A DNA stretch of 64,000 nucleotides from Haplodiscus bocki (lineage: Eukaryota): positions 35,340,001 to 35,404,000 of the forward strand of contig OZ296659.1 of the NCBI GenBank assembly GCA_965655095.1. The letters run 5' to 3'. Positions 14,240-27,900 of the stretch are shown here, one piece after another (positions within the stretch are counted from its first letter, which is position 1; every line of letters begins with the position of its first letter). The notes below the pieces were generated by a model. It had not been told where the DNA came from. It did no database searches and saw only the letters and a program-made list of their open reading frames with translations. The position numbers and the translations under genes are program-made.

Positions 14240-17200
14240 TACTTCTTTGTTGCAACCAATGCAGCTTTTTCCTGGAGTCTTGCCTTTTCCGAAACTTCCA
14301 TCGCTCGCCATGGGCTCCTCCAATTCTGAATCAAGCTTGTGCTCTGACCTTTCGCTTTGCTTTCCGACGGCATTTTTGAGGTAAATCGATGCGGTTTCAT
14401 TCAAACACGAAGTGCATCGACTTCCTAAACAACTTCCTACCAGTTATTCAGAAGAAATGGAACCCGCGTAACTTTCAGGTAACTCAGAGCTAACACACAA
14501 TGGTATAGACGTACTATAATTTTCGCTGACAAGTGACTTGAGTGAAACAACTTGTTTTTGTAAATCGTCATTCTGGGACTGCAAGACGTCTTCATATTTT
14601 GTCAACGAGGACACAAATTGTAGCCCGGATTGGTGGAACTTTTCTGCTAACTCAATATGAATCTTCAGCACTGGCGAAACTCGAATCCGATTGGGTTGTG
14701 TACCCTGTTTTTTCCCTTTATGCCAAAAAATCAATCTGAGTCGTTCTTTTCCTGACTCAGGAATCAAATATTTGACTTCACTGGAAACAACAATGTTCGC
14801 AGATACCCTTGGTGCGTTGTTTTTTTCAATTGGGAATGCTTGGGGCAATATCCTAATGTCTGAGACAAATGCCTGCAACTTCTATGCCCTCAAGTATTAA
14901 CTATCACCCAGAGGCTCACATGCATTTCTGCGCACAGGTGTGCTTGATGAAACGGAGTTACTCTAGCGATCACGTCTCCACTCGCTTTTTTTCCTGACAG
15001 ATACATCCAAAAACTTTGATGTGTTGGGTTTTAGAGACAAAACTACAGGCATTTTTAACAGTGACTCTTTTTTAGTCATCAAAGCAACTTTTGCGAGCTG
15101 TTTCCGAAGATTTCATGGATAATCTTTTTCCGCATTTATCAGAGAGACTCGTTGATCATGATGAAACATCAATGTCTCGTGATTTGACAGTGCTTTTTGG
15201 CGAAGGGATCTGTTGCCGTCAACTTCACCAAGAGAGCAGTCGGGGGACAAAAATAACCAGTCACTCCGACTGAAAAACACGTGATTCTTTTTAATAACTG
15301 TATTCAAAGCTATAGAAAATCATCTGCATTGGAAAATACTGTTTCTTATCACGTAACTTTTTTGAATAGAAACTTCGAGAAGCTATATAAAAGTTAATAC
15401 AAACATTGAGTTCGTGAAACTTGCTGCCAAAATAATGACAACATAAAATTGAAACTATATAGATGATTCATTAGGTGAATGCAATCAAGGAGTTCATTAA
15501 TGACATCAGAATAAAAATCATCAACTTCGGATACAAAATCCCCGTCTCCATTTCATCCTGTTGTGTTGCTAACTGAATATGTCCTTGCTTTGTTGACTGC
15601 TCTTCTGTTTTTGAAGAAAGAGTTTTCGAATTGTGGATAAGGAAACTTGTTTTGTATTTCACCTGAAAAGTGAACATTCTTCTACTTATTGTTAGTTAGA
15701 TTTTGGAAACTGATCTCCAAAAAATAGCGATTTGGAGATTAACGGAATTACTAACAACTACCAGCAAAATGTCTCGGAATCGTTTTCGAGCGTTGTTCAA
15801 TATACCACTCTGTTGACTTCAGAACGTGCATTTTTGAGACAGGAGAAAGAACGTAGACATGAGCCGCTTTCGATACGGGATTTTTGTTCTCAGGAAGAAA
15901 TACTGAAGTTGTAAACTTACTGAAGCTTTCGCTTGAAGTGCTGTGCAATCCATTTTCTGGATCAAAGCCCAAGCATAGATACACGATTAGAAGGGCTACC
16001 GTCTGAAGGCATCAACACCCTCTGCATCTGCTTTTGATCTCTCACCTTTTTCAGAATCTTTCATGCAATCAGGGAGTCCCTCATTTCCCCAAATTGCCAC
16101 TCTGAGGTACCTCCAATACTTCTCTTTGTTGCAACCAATGCAGCTTTTTCCTGGAGTCTTGCCTTTTCCGAAACTTCCATCGCTCGCCATGGGCTCCTCC
16201 AATTCTGAATCAAGCTTGTGCTCTGACCTTTCGCTTTGCTTTCCGGCGGCATTTTTGAGGTAAATCGATGCGGTTTCATTCAAACACGAAGTGCATCGAC
16301 TTCCTAAACAACTTCCTACCAGTTATTCAGAAGAAATGGAACCCGCGTAACTTTCAGGTAACTCAGGGCTAACACACAATGGTATAGACGTACTATAATT
16401 TTCGCTGACAAGTGACTTGAGTAAATCAACTTGTTCTTGTAAATCGTCATTCTGGGACTGCAAGACGTCTTCATATTTTGTCAACGAGGACACAAATTGT
16501 AGCCCGGATTGGTGGAACTTTTCTGCTAACTCAATATGAATCTTCAGCACTGGCGAAACTCGAATCCGATTGGGTTGTGTACCCTGTTTTTTCCCTTTAT
16601 GCCAAAAAATCAATCTGAGTCGTTCTTTTCCTGACTCAGGAATCAAATATTTGACTTCACTGGAAACAACAATGTTCGCAGATACCCTTGGTGCGTTGTT
16701 TTTTTCAATTGGGAATGCTTGGGGCAATATCCTAATGTCTGAGACAAATGCCTGCAACTTCTATGCCCTCAAGTATTAACTATCACCCAGAGGCTCACAT
16801 GCACTTCTGCGCACAGGTGTGCTTGATGAAACGGAGTTACTCTAGCGATCACGTCTCCACTCGCTTTTTTTCCGGACAGATACATCCAAAAACTTTGATG
16901 TGTTGGGTTTTAGAGACAAAACTACAGGCATTTTTAACAGTGACTCTTTTTTAGTCATCAAAGCAACTTTTGCGAGCTGTTTCCGAAGATTTCATGGATA
17001 ATCTTTTTCCGCATTTATCAGAGAGACTCGTTGATCATGATGAAACATCAATGTCTCATGATTTGACAGTGCTTTTTGGCGAAGGGATCTGTTGCCGTCA
17101 ACTTCACCAAGAGAGCAGTCGGGGGACAAAAATAACCAGTTACTCCGACTGAAAAACACGAGATTCTTTTTAATAACTGTATTCAAAGCTATAGAAAATC

Positions 17201-18480
17201 ATCTGCATTGGAAAATACTGTTTCTTATCACGTAACTTTAGTGAAAATAAATTTCGAGCAGTTATATAAAAGTTAATACAAACATTGAGTTCGTGAAACT
17301 TGTTGCCAAAATAATGACAACATAAAATTAAAACTTTATAGCTGATTCATTAGGTGAGTGCAATCAAGGAATTCATTAATAACATCAGTATAAAAATCAT
17401 CAACTTCGGATACAAAATCCCCGTCTCCATTTCATCCTGTTGTGTTGCTAACTGATTATGTCCTTGCTTTGTTGACTGCTCTTCTGTTTTTGAAGAAAGA
17501 GTTTCCGAAATGTGGATAAGGAAACTTGTTTTGTATTTCACCTGAAGAGTGAACATTCTTCTACTTATTTTTAGTTAGATTTTGGAAACTGATCTCCAAA
17601 AAAATAGCGATTTGGAGATTAACGGAATTACTAACAACTACCAGCAAAATGTCTCGGAATCGTTTTCGAGCGTTGTTCAATATACCACTCTGTTGACTTC
17701 AGAACGTGCATTTTTGAGACAGGAGAAAGAACGTAGACATGAGCCGCTTTCGATACGGGATTTTTGTTCTCAGGAAGAAATACTGAAGTTGTAAACTTAC
17801 TGAAGCTTTCGCTTGAAGTTCTGTTCAATCCATTTTCTGGATCAAAGCCCAAGCATAGATACACGATTAGAAGGGCTAACGTCTGAAGGCATCAACACCC
17901 TCTGCATCTGCTTTTGATCTCTCACCTTTTCTTTCAGAATCTTTCATGCAATCAGGGAGTCCCTCATTTCCCCAAATTGCCACTCTGAGGTACCTCCAAT
18001 ACTTCTCTTTGTTGCAACCAATGCAGCTTTTTCCTGGAGTCTTGCCTTTTCCGAAACTTCCATCGCTCGCCATGGGCTCCTCCAATTCTGAATCAAGCTT
18101 GTGCTCTGACCTTTCGCTTTGCTTTCCGGCGGCATTTTTGAGGTAAATCGATGCGGTTTCATTCAAACACGAAGTGCATCGACTTCCTAAACAACTTCCT
18201 ACCAGTTATTGAGAAGAAATGGAACCTGCGTAACTTTCAGGTAACTCAGAGCTAACACACAATGGTATAGACGTACTATAATTTTCGCTGACAAGTGACT
18301 TGAGTGAAACAACTTGTTTTTGTAAATCGTCATTCTGGGACTGCAAGACGTCTTCATATTTTGTCAACGAGGACACAAGTTGTAGCCCGGATTGGTGGAA
18401 CTTTTCTGCTAACTCAATATGAATCTTCAGCACTGGCGAAACTCGAATCCGATTGGGTTGTGCAAACTGTTTTTCCCCTT
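14240..18480. repeat. Local expansion of a monomer variant (2-3 related copies, period ~1,880)
   Basis: Variant gaagtgcatcgacttcctaaacaac occurs at ~14410, ~16288 and ~18171, and gcgaaactcgaatccg is in all three. ORF pairs 14444/16323, 15091/16970 and 15751/17631. Confidence 0.8.
15996..17186 (-). pseudogene. Representative copy of a degenerate long reading frame (397 codons, 5 internal stops) embedded in each monomer; product unidentified (Ser/Lys-rich, with a coiled-coil-like stretch)
   Basis: ORF-track fragments 16992-17186, 16323-16757 and 15996-16283 are all in one frame. The gaps (78 and 13 codons) translate through, leaving only TGA, TAG, TAA, TAG, TAA as internal stops. The same co-framing holds at 32245/31816/31342 in another copy. 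Confidence 0.7.
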
Positions 18481-21129
18481 TATGCCAAAAAATCAATCTG
18501 AGTCGTTCTTTTCCTGATTCAGGAATCAAATATATGACTTCACTGGAAACAACAATGTTCGCAGATACCCTTGGTGCGTTCCTTTTTTAATTTGGAATGC
18601 TTGGGGCAATATCTTAATGTCTGGGACAAATGCCTGCAACTTCTATGCCCTCAAGTATCAACTATCACCCAGAGGCTCACATGCACTTCTGCGCACAGGT
18701 GTGCTTGATGAAACGTAGTTACTCTAGCGATCACGTCTCCACTCGCTTTTTTTCCGGACAGATACATCCAAAAACTTTGATGTGTTGGGTTTTAGAGACA
18801 AAACTACAGGAATTTTTAACAGTGATTCTTTTTTAGTCATCAAAGCAACTTCTGCGAGCTGTTTCCGAAGATTTCATTCATAATCTTTTCCGCATTTATC
18901 AGAGAGACTCGTTGATCATGATGAAACATCAAGGTCTCATAATTTGACTGTGCTTTTTAGCGAAGGTTTCTGTTGCCATCAACTTCACCAAGAGAGCAGT
19001 CGGGGGTCAAAAATAACCAGTCACTCCGACTGAAAAACACGTGATTCTTTTTAATAACTGTATTCAAAGCTTTAGAAAATCATCTACATTGGAAAATACT
19101 GTTTCCTATCACGTAACTTTAGTGAAAATAAATTTCGAGCAGTTATATAAAAGTTAATACAAACATTGAGTTCGTGAAACTTGCTGCCAAAATAATGACA
19201 ACATAAAATTAAAACTTTATAGCTGATTCATTAGGTGAGTGCAATCAAGGAATTCATTAATAACATCAGTATAAAAATCATCAACTTCGGATACAAAATC
19301 CCCGTCTCCATTTCATCCTGTTGTGTTGCTAATTGTATCTGTCCTTGCTTTGTTGACTGCTCTTCTGTTTTTGAAGAAAGAGTTCTTGAAATTTGTATAA
19401 GGAAACTTGTTTTGTATTTCACCTGAAGAGTGAAAATTCTGCTACTTATTTTTGAGTTAGATTTTGGAAACTGTTCTCCAAAAAAATTGCGTTTCAAAGA
19501 TTAACGGAATTACTAACAACTAACAATGAAATGTCTCGAAATTGTTCTCGAGCGTTTTTCAACATACCACTCTGCTGACTTCAGAACGTGCATTTTTGAG
19601 ACAGGAGGAAGAACGTAGACATGAGCCGGTTTCGATACGGGTTTTTTGTTCTCAGGAAGAAATACTGAAGTTGTAAACTTACTGAAGCTTTCGCTTGAAG
19701 TTCTGTTCAGTCCATTTCCTGGATCAAAGCCCAAGAATAGATACACGATTAGAAGGGCTAACGTCTGAATGCATCAACACCCTCTGCATCTGCTTTTGAT
19801 CTCCCAGCTTTTCTTTCAGAATCTTTCATGCAATCAGGGAGTACCTCATTTCCCCAAATTGCCGCTCTGAGGTACCTCCAATACTTCTCTTCGTTGCAAC
19901 CAATGCAGCTTTTTTCTGGAGTCTTGCCTTTTCAGAAACTTCCATCGCTCGCCATGGGCTCCTCCTTCTTCTGAATCAAGCTTGTGCTCTGACCTTTCGC
20001 TTTGCTTTCCGGCGGCATCTTTGAGGTAAATCGATGCGGTTTCATTCAAACACGAATTGCTTCGACTTCCTAAAGAACTTCCTACCAGTTAATGAGAAGA
20101 AATGGAACCTGCCTAACTTTCAGGTAACTCAGAGCTAACACACAATGGTATAGACGTACTATAATTTTTGCTAACAAGTGACTTGAGTGAAACAACTTGT
20201 TTTTGTAAATCGTCATTCTGGGACTGCAAGACGTCTTTATATTTTGTCAACGAGGACACAAATTGTAGCCCAGATTGGTGGAACTTTTCTGCTAACTCTA
20301 TATGAATCTTCAGCACTGGCGGAAATCGAAGCTGATTGGGTTGTGCACCCTGTTTTTTCCCTTTATGCCAAAAAATCAATCTGAGTCGTTCTTTTCCTGA
20401 CTCAGGAATCAAATATTTGACTTCACTGGAAACAACAATGTTCGCAGATACCCTTGATTTGTTCCTTTTTTCAATTGGGAGTGCTTGGGGCAATATCTTA
20501 ATGTCTGAGACAAATGCCTGCGATTGTATGCCTGAAAGTATTAACTATCACCCATAGGATCACATGCACTTCTGCGCACAGGTGTGCTTGATGAAACGTA
20601 TTTTGACTCTTGGGATCACGACTCCGCTCGCTTTCTTTTTCCGGACAGATACATCCGAAAAGTTTGATGTGTTGGGTAATTGAGACAAAACTACAGGCGT
20701 TTTCCTTTTCAACAGTGACTCCTTTTTAGTCATCAAAGCAACTTTTGCGAGCTGTTTCTGAAGAATTCATTCCACATCTTCTGCCGCCTTTTATCGGAGA
20801 AACTCGTTGATCATGATGAAACATCAATGTCTCATTTTGACAGTGCATTTTTGCAAAGAGATCGAGAGATCTGTTGCCATCAACTTCAGCTAGAGAGCAG
20901 TCGGGAATCAAAAATAACCAGTCACTGCGACTGAAAAACAACTGATTCGTTTTGATAACTGTATTCAAAACTATAGAAGTTCATCTGCATTGGAAAATAC
21001 ATTTTCTTATCACGTAACTTTTTTGAATAGAAACTTCGAGAAGCTATATAAAAGTTAATACAAACATTGAGTTCGTGAAACTTGCTGCCAAAATAATGAC
21101 AACATAAAATTGAAACTATATAGATGATT

Positions 21130-24100
21130 CATTAGGTGAATGCAATCAGGAAATTCATTATTGACATCAGAATAAAAATAATCCACTTCGGATACAAAAT
21201 CCCCGTCTCAATTTCATCCTGTTGTGTTGCTAATTGTATCTGTCCTTGCTTTGTTGACCGCTCTTCTGTTCTTGAAGAAAGATTTCTTGAAATTTAGATA
21301 AGGAAACTTGTTTTGTATTCCACCTGCAGAGTGAAAAATCTGCTGCTTATTTTTGAGTTAGATTTTGGAAACTGATCTCCAAAAATATAGCACTTTAGAG
21401 ATTAACGGAATTACTAACAACTACCAGCAAAATGTCTCGAAATCGTTTTCGAGCGTTGTTCAATATACCACTCTGCTGCCTTCAGAACGTGCATTTTTGA
21501 GACAGGAGGAAGAACGTAGAGATGAGCCAATTTCGATTCGGGATTTTTGTTCCCAGGAAGAAATACTGAAGTTGTAAACTTACTGAAGCTTTCGCTCGAA
21601 GTTCTGTTCAGTCCATTTCCTGGATCAATGCCCAAGAATAGATACACGATTAGAAGGCTCTTGTGTGAATGCATCAACACCCTCTGCAACTGCTTTTGAT
21701 CTCCCACCTTTTCTTTTAGAATCTTTCATGCAATCAGGGAGTCCCTCATTTCCCCAAATTGCCACTCTGAGGTACCTCCAATACTTCTCTTTGTTGCAAG
21801 CAATGCAGCTTTTTTCTGGATTCTTGCCTTTTCAGAAACTTCCATCGCTCGCCATGGGCTCCTCCTTGTTCTGAATCAAGCTTGTGCTCTGACCTTTCGC
21901 TTTGCTGTCCGGCGGCATCTTTGAGGTAAATCGATGCGGTTTCATTCAAACACGAATTGCTTCGACTTCCTAAAAAACTTCCTACCAGTTAATGAGAAGA
22001 AATGGAACCTGCCTAACTTTCAGGTAACTCAGAGCTAACACACAATGGTATAGACGTACTATAATTTTCGCTAACAAGTGACTTGAGTGAAACAACTTGT
22101 TTTTGTAAATCGTCATTCTGGGACTGCAAGACGTCTTTATATTTTGTCAACGAGGACACAAATTGTAGCCCAGATTAATGGGACTTTTCTGCTAACTCGA
22201 TATGAATCTTCAGCACTGGCGAAAATCGAAGCTGATTGGGTTGTGTACCCTGTTTTTTCCTTTTATGCCAAAAAATCAATCTGAGTCGTTCTTTTCCTGA
22301 CTCAGGAATCAAATATTTGACTTCACTGGAAACAACAATGTTCGCAGATACCCTTGGTGCGTTCCTTTTTTCAATTGGGAGTGCTTGGGGCAATATCTTA
22401 ATGTCTGAGACAAATGCATGCAGCTTCTATGCCCTCAAATATTAACTATCACCCAGAGGCTCACATGCACTTCTGCGCACAGGTGTGCTTGATGAAACGG
22501 AGTTACTCTAGCGATCACGTCTCCGGACAGATACATCCAAAAACTTTGATGTGTTGGGTTTTTGAGACGAAACTACAGGCATTTTTAACAGTTACCCTTT
22601 TTTAGTCATCAAAGCAACTTTTGCGAGCTGTTTCTGAAGATTTCATTCAAAATCTTTTTCCGCATTTATCAGAGAGACTCGTTGATCATGATGAAACATC
22701 AACGTCTCATAATTTGACAGTGCTTTTTAGCGAAGGGATCTGTTGCCATCAACTTCAGCAAGAGAGCAGTCGGGGGTCAAAAATAACCAGTCACTCCGAC
22801 TGAAAAACACGTGATTCTTTCTGATAACTGTATTCAAAGCTATGGAAAATCATCTGCATTGGAAAATACTGTTTCTTATCACGTAACTTTAGTGAAAATA
22901 AATTTCGAGCAGTTATATAAAAGTTAATACAAAAATTGAGTTCGTGAAACTTGCTGCCAAATTAATGACAACCTAAAATTGAAACTATATAGATGATTCA
23001 TTAGGCGAATGCAATCAAGAAATTCATTAATGACATCAGAATAAAAATAATCCACTTCGGATACAAAATCCCCGTCTCCATTTCATCCTGTTGTGTTGCT
23101 AATTGTATCTGTCCTTGCTTTGTTGACCTCTCTTCTGTTCTTGAAGAAAGATTTCTTGAAATGTGGATCAGGAAACTTGCTTTGTATTCCACCTGCAGAG
23201 TGAAAAATCTGCTACTTATTTTTGAGTTAGATTTTGGAAACTGATCTCCAAAAATATAGCACTTTAGAGATTAACGGAATTACTAACAACTACCAGCAAA
23301 ATGTCTCGAAATCGTTTTCGAGCGTTGTTCAATATACCACTCTGCTGCCTTCAGAACGTGCATTTTTGAGACAGGAGGAAGAACGTAGAGATGAGCCAAT
23401 TTCGATACGGGATTTTTGTTCTCAGGAAGAAATACTGAAGTTGTAAACTTACTGAAGCTTTCGCTCGAAGTTCTGTTCAGTCCATTTCCTGGATCAAAGC
23501 CCAAGATTAGATACACGATTAGAAGGCTCTTGTGTGAATGCATCAACACCCTCTGCAACTGCTTTTGATCTCCCACCTTTTCTTTTAGAATCTTTCATGC
23601 AATCAGGGAGTCCCTCATTTCCCCAAATTGCCACTCTGAGGTACCTCCAATAGTTCTCTTTGTTGCAACCAATGCAGCTTTTTTCTGGAGTCTTGCCTTT
23701 GCAGAAACTTCCTTTGCTCGCCATGGGCTCCTCCAATTCTGAATCAAGCTTGTGCTCTGACCTTTCGCTTTGCTTTCCGGCGGCATCTTTGAGGTAAATC
23801 GATGCGGTTTCATTCAAACACGAATTGCTTCGACTTCCTAAAGAACTTCCTACCAGTTAATGAGAAGAAATGGAATCTGCCTAAACTTCAGGTAACTCAG
23901 AGCTAACACACATTGGTATAGACGTACTATAATTTTTGCTAACAAGTGACTTGAATGAAACAACTTGTTTTTGTAAATCGTCATTCTGGGACTGCAAGAC
24001 GTCTTTATATTTTGTCAACGAGGACACAAATTGTAGCCCAGATTGGTGGAACTTTTCTGCTAACTCAATATGAATCTTCAGCACTGGCGAAAATCGAAGC

Positions 24101-24900
24101 TGATTGGGTTGTGCACCCTGTTTTTTCCCTTTATGCCAAAAAATCAATCTGAGTCGTTCTTTTCCTGACTCAGGAATCAAATATATGACTTCACTGGAAA
24201 CAACAATGTCCGCAGATACCCTTGGTGCGTTCCTTTTTTCAATTGGGAATGCTTGGGGCAATATCTTAATGTCTGAGACAAATGCATGCAACTTCTATGC
24301 CCTCAAATATTAACTATCACCCAGAGGCTCACATGCACTTCTGCGCACAGGTGTGCTTGATGAAACGGAGTTACTCTAGCCATCACGTCTCCACTCGCTT
24401 TTTTTCCGGACAGATACATCCAAAAACTTTGATGTGTTGGGTTTTTGAGACGAAACTACAGGCATTTTTAACAGTTACCCTTTTTTAGTCATCAAAGCAA
24501 CTTTTGCGAGCTGTTTCTGAAGATTTCATTCAAAATCTTTTTCCGCATTTATCAGAGAGACTCGTTGATCATGATGAAACATCAATGTCTCATAATTTGA
24601 CAGTGCTTTTTAGCGAAGGGATCTGTTGCCATCAACTTCAGCAAGAGAGCAGTCGGGGGTCAAAAATAACCAGTCACTCCGACTGAAAAACACGTGATTC
24701 TTTCTGATAACTGTATTCAAAGCTATGGAAAATCATCTGCATTGGAAAATACTGTTTCTTATCACGTAACTTTAGTGAAAATAAATTTCGAGCAGTTATA
24801 TAAAAGTTAATACAAAAATTGAGTTCGTGAAACTTGCTGCCAAATTAATGACAACCTAAAATTGAAACTATATAGATGATTCATTAGGCGAATGCAATCA
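21130..24900. repeat. Pair of related monomers (both landmark spacings 1,869)
   Basis: Identical ORFs at 21365/23234. Shared variants agaaggctcttgtgtg, gagacgaaac, gctatggaaaat and acaaaaattgag. Confidence 0.75.
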
Positions 24901-27900
24901 AGGAATTCATTAATAACATCAGTATAAAAATCATCAACTTCGGATACAAAATCCCCGTCTCCATTTCATCCTGTTGTGTTGCTAATTGTATCTGTCCTTG
25001 CTTTGTTGACTGCTCTTCTGTTTTTGAAGAAACAGTTCTTGAAACTTGTTTTGTATTTCACCTGTAGAGTGAAAATTCTGCTACTTATTTTTGAGTTAGA
25101 TTTTGGAAACTGATCTCCAAAAATATAGCGCTTTAGAGGTTAACGGAATTACTAACAACTACCAGCAAAACGTCTCGAAATTGTTCTCGATCGTTTTTCA
25201 ACATACCACTCCGCTGACTTCAGAACGTGCATTTTTGAGACAGGCGGAAGAACGTAGACATGAGTCGGTTTCGATACGGGTTTTTTGTTCGCAGGAAGAA
25301 ATACTGAAGTTGTAAACTTACTGAAGCTTTCGCTTGAACTTCTGTTCAGTCAATTTCCTGGATCAAAGCCCAAGAAAAGATACACGATTAGAAGGGCTAA
25401 CGTCTGAATGCATCAACACCCTCTGCATCTGCTTTTGATCTCCCACCTTTTCTTTACGAATCTTTCATGCAATCAGGGAGTCCCTCATTTCCCCAAATTG
25501 CCACTCTGAGGTACCTCCAATACTTCTCTTCGTTGCAACCAATGCAGCTTTTTTCTGGAGTCTTGCCTTTTCAGAAACTTCCATCGCTCGCTTTGGGCTC
25601 CTCCTTCTTCTGAATCAAGCTTGTGCTCTGACCTTTCGCTTTGCTTTCCGGCGGCATCTTTGAGGTGAATCGATGCGGTTTCATTCAAACACGAATTGCT
25701 TCGACTTCCTAAAGAACTTCCTACCAGTTAATGAGAAGAAATGGAACCTGCCTAACTTTCAGGTAACTCAGAGCTAACACACAATGGTATAGACGTACTA
25801 TAATTTTTGCTAACAAGTGACTTGAGTGAAACAACTTGTTTTTGTAAATCGTCATTCTGGGACTGCAAGACGTCTTTATAATTTGTCAACGAGGACACAA
25901 ATTGTAGCCCAGATTGGTGGAACTTTTCTGCTAACTCGATATGAATCTTCAGCACTGGCGAAAATCGAAGCTGATTGGGTTGTGTACCCTGTTTTTTCCT
26001 TTATGCCAAAAAATCAATCTGAGTCGTTCTTTTCGTGACTCAGGAATCAAATATTTGACTTCACTGGAAACAGCAATGTTCGCAGATACCCTTGGTGCGT
26101 TCCTTTTTTCAATTGGGAATGCTTGGGGCAATATCTTAATGTCTGAGACAAATGCATGTAACTTCTATGCCCTCAAATATTAACTATCACCCAGAGGCTC
26201 ACATGCACTTCTGCGCACAGGTGTGCTTGATGAAACGGAGTTACTGTAGCGATCACGTCTCCACTCGCTTTTTTTCCGGACAGATACATCCAAAAACTTT
26301 GATGTGTTGGGTTTTTGAGACAAAACTACAGGCATTTTTAACATTTACTCTTTTTTAGTCATCAAAGCAACTTTTGCGAGCTGTTTCTGAAGATTTCATT
26401 CAAAATCTTTTTCCGCATTTATCAGAGAGACTCGTTGATCATGATGAAACATCAATGTCTCATAATTTGACAGTGCTTTTTGGCGAAGGTATCTGTTGCC
26501 ATCAACTTCAGCAAGAGAGCAGTCGGGGGTCAAAAATAACCAGTCACTCCGACTGAAAAACACGTGGTTCTTTTTGATAACTGTATTCAAAGCTATAGAA
26601 AATCATCTGCATTGGAAAATACTGTTTCTTATCACGTAACTTTAGTGAAAATAAATTTCGAGAAGTTATATAAAAGTTATTACAAACATTGAGTTCATGA
26701 AACTTGCTGCCAAAATAAAGACAACATAAAATTAAAACTTAGTAGCTGATTCATTAGGTGAAAGCAATCAAGGAATTCATTATTAACATCAGAATAAAAA
26801 TCATCAACTTCGGATACAAAATCCCCGTCTCCATTTCATCCTGTTGTGTTGCTAATTGTATCTGTCCTTGCTTTGTTGACTGCTCTTCTGTTTTTGAAGA
26901 ATGAGTTCTTGAAATTTGGAAAAGGAAACTTGTTTTGTATTTCACCTGAAGAGTGAAAATTCTGCTACTTACTTTTGAGTTAGATTTTGGAAACTGATCT
27001 CCAAAAATATAGCGCTTTAGAGATTAACGGAATTACTAATAACTACCAGCAAAATGTCTCGAAATCGTTTTCGAGCGTTGTTCAATATACCACTCTGCTG
27101 ACTTCAGAACGTCCACTTTTGAGACAGTAGGAAGAACGTAGAGATGAGCCGATTTCGATACGGGTTTTTTGTTCTCAGGAAGAAATACTGAAGTTGTAAA
27201 CTTACTGAAGCTTTCGCTTGAAGTTCTGTTCAGTCCATTTCCTGGATCAAAGCCCAAGAATAGATACACGATTAGAAGGGCTAACGTCTGAATGCATCAA
27301 CACCCTCTGCATCTGCTTTTGATCTCCCACCTTTTCTTTCAGAATCTTTCATGCAATCAGGGAGACCCTCATTTCCCCAAATTGCCGCTCTGAGGTACCT
27401 CCAATACTTCTCTTCGTTGCAACCAATGCAGCTTTTTCTGGAGTCTTGCCTTTTCAGAAACTTCCATCGCTCGCCATGGGCTCCTCCTTCTTCTGAATCA
27501 AGCTTGTGCTCTGACCTTTGGCTTTGCTTTCCGGTGGCATCTTTGAGGTAAATCGATGCGGTTTCATTCAAACACGAATTGCTTCGACTTCCTAAAGAAC
27601 TTCCTACCAGTTAATGAGAAGAAATGGAACCTGCCTAACTTTCAGGTAACTCAGAGCTAACACACAATGGTTTAGACGTACTATAATTTTCGCTAACAAG
27701 TGACTTGAGTGAAACAACTTGTTTTTGTAAATCGTCATTCTGGGACTGCAAGACGTCTTTATATTTTGTCAACGAGGACACAAATTGTAGCCCAGATTGG
27801 TGGAACTTTTCTGCTAACTCGATATGAATCTTCAGCACTGGCGAAAATCGAAGCTGATTGGGTTGTGTACCCTGTTTTTTCCCTTTATGCCAAAAAATCA

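Noticed and set aside
15996-17186. Alternative genetic code (TAA/TAG=Gln or TGA=Trp) making the relic an intact gene
   Set aside because: All three stop types occur in frame. Their sense alternatives in other copies are heterogeneous (Arg, Tyr, Lys, Leu, Gln, Glu, Cys, Gly, Trp), and frameshifts segregate among copies. Decay explains this better than recoding.
17930-18040. KSCIGCNKEK (CxxC) and IWGNEGLPD resembling a retroviral/Ty3 integrase zinc finger and core
   Set aside because: No upstream His pair of an HHCC motif, the two motifs are far too close together, and no DDE triad, RT (YxDD) or RNase H motif is visible. The resemblance is superficial.
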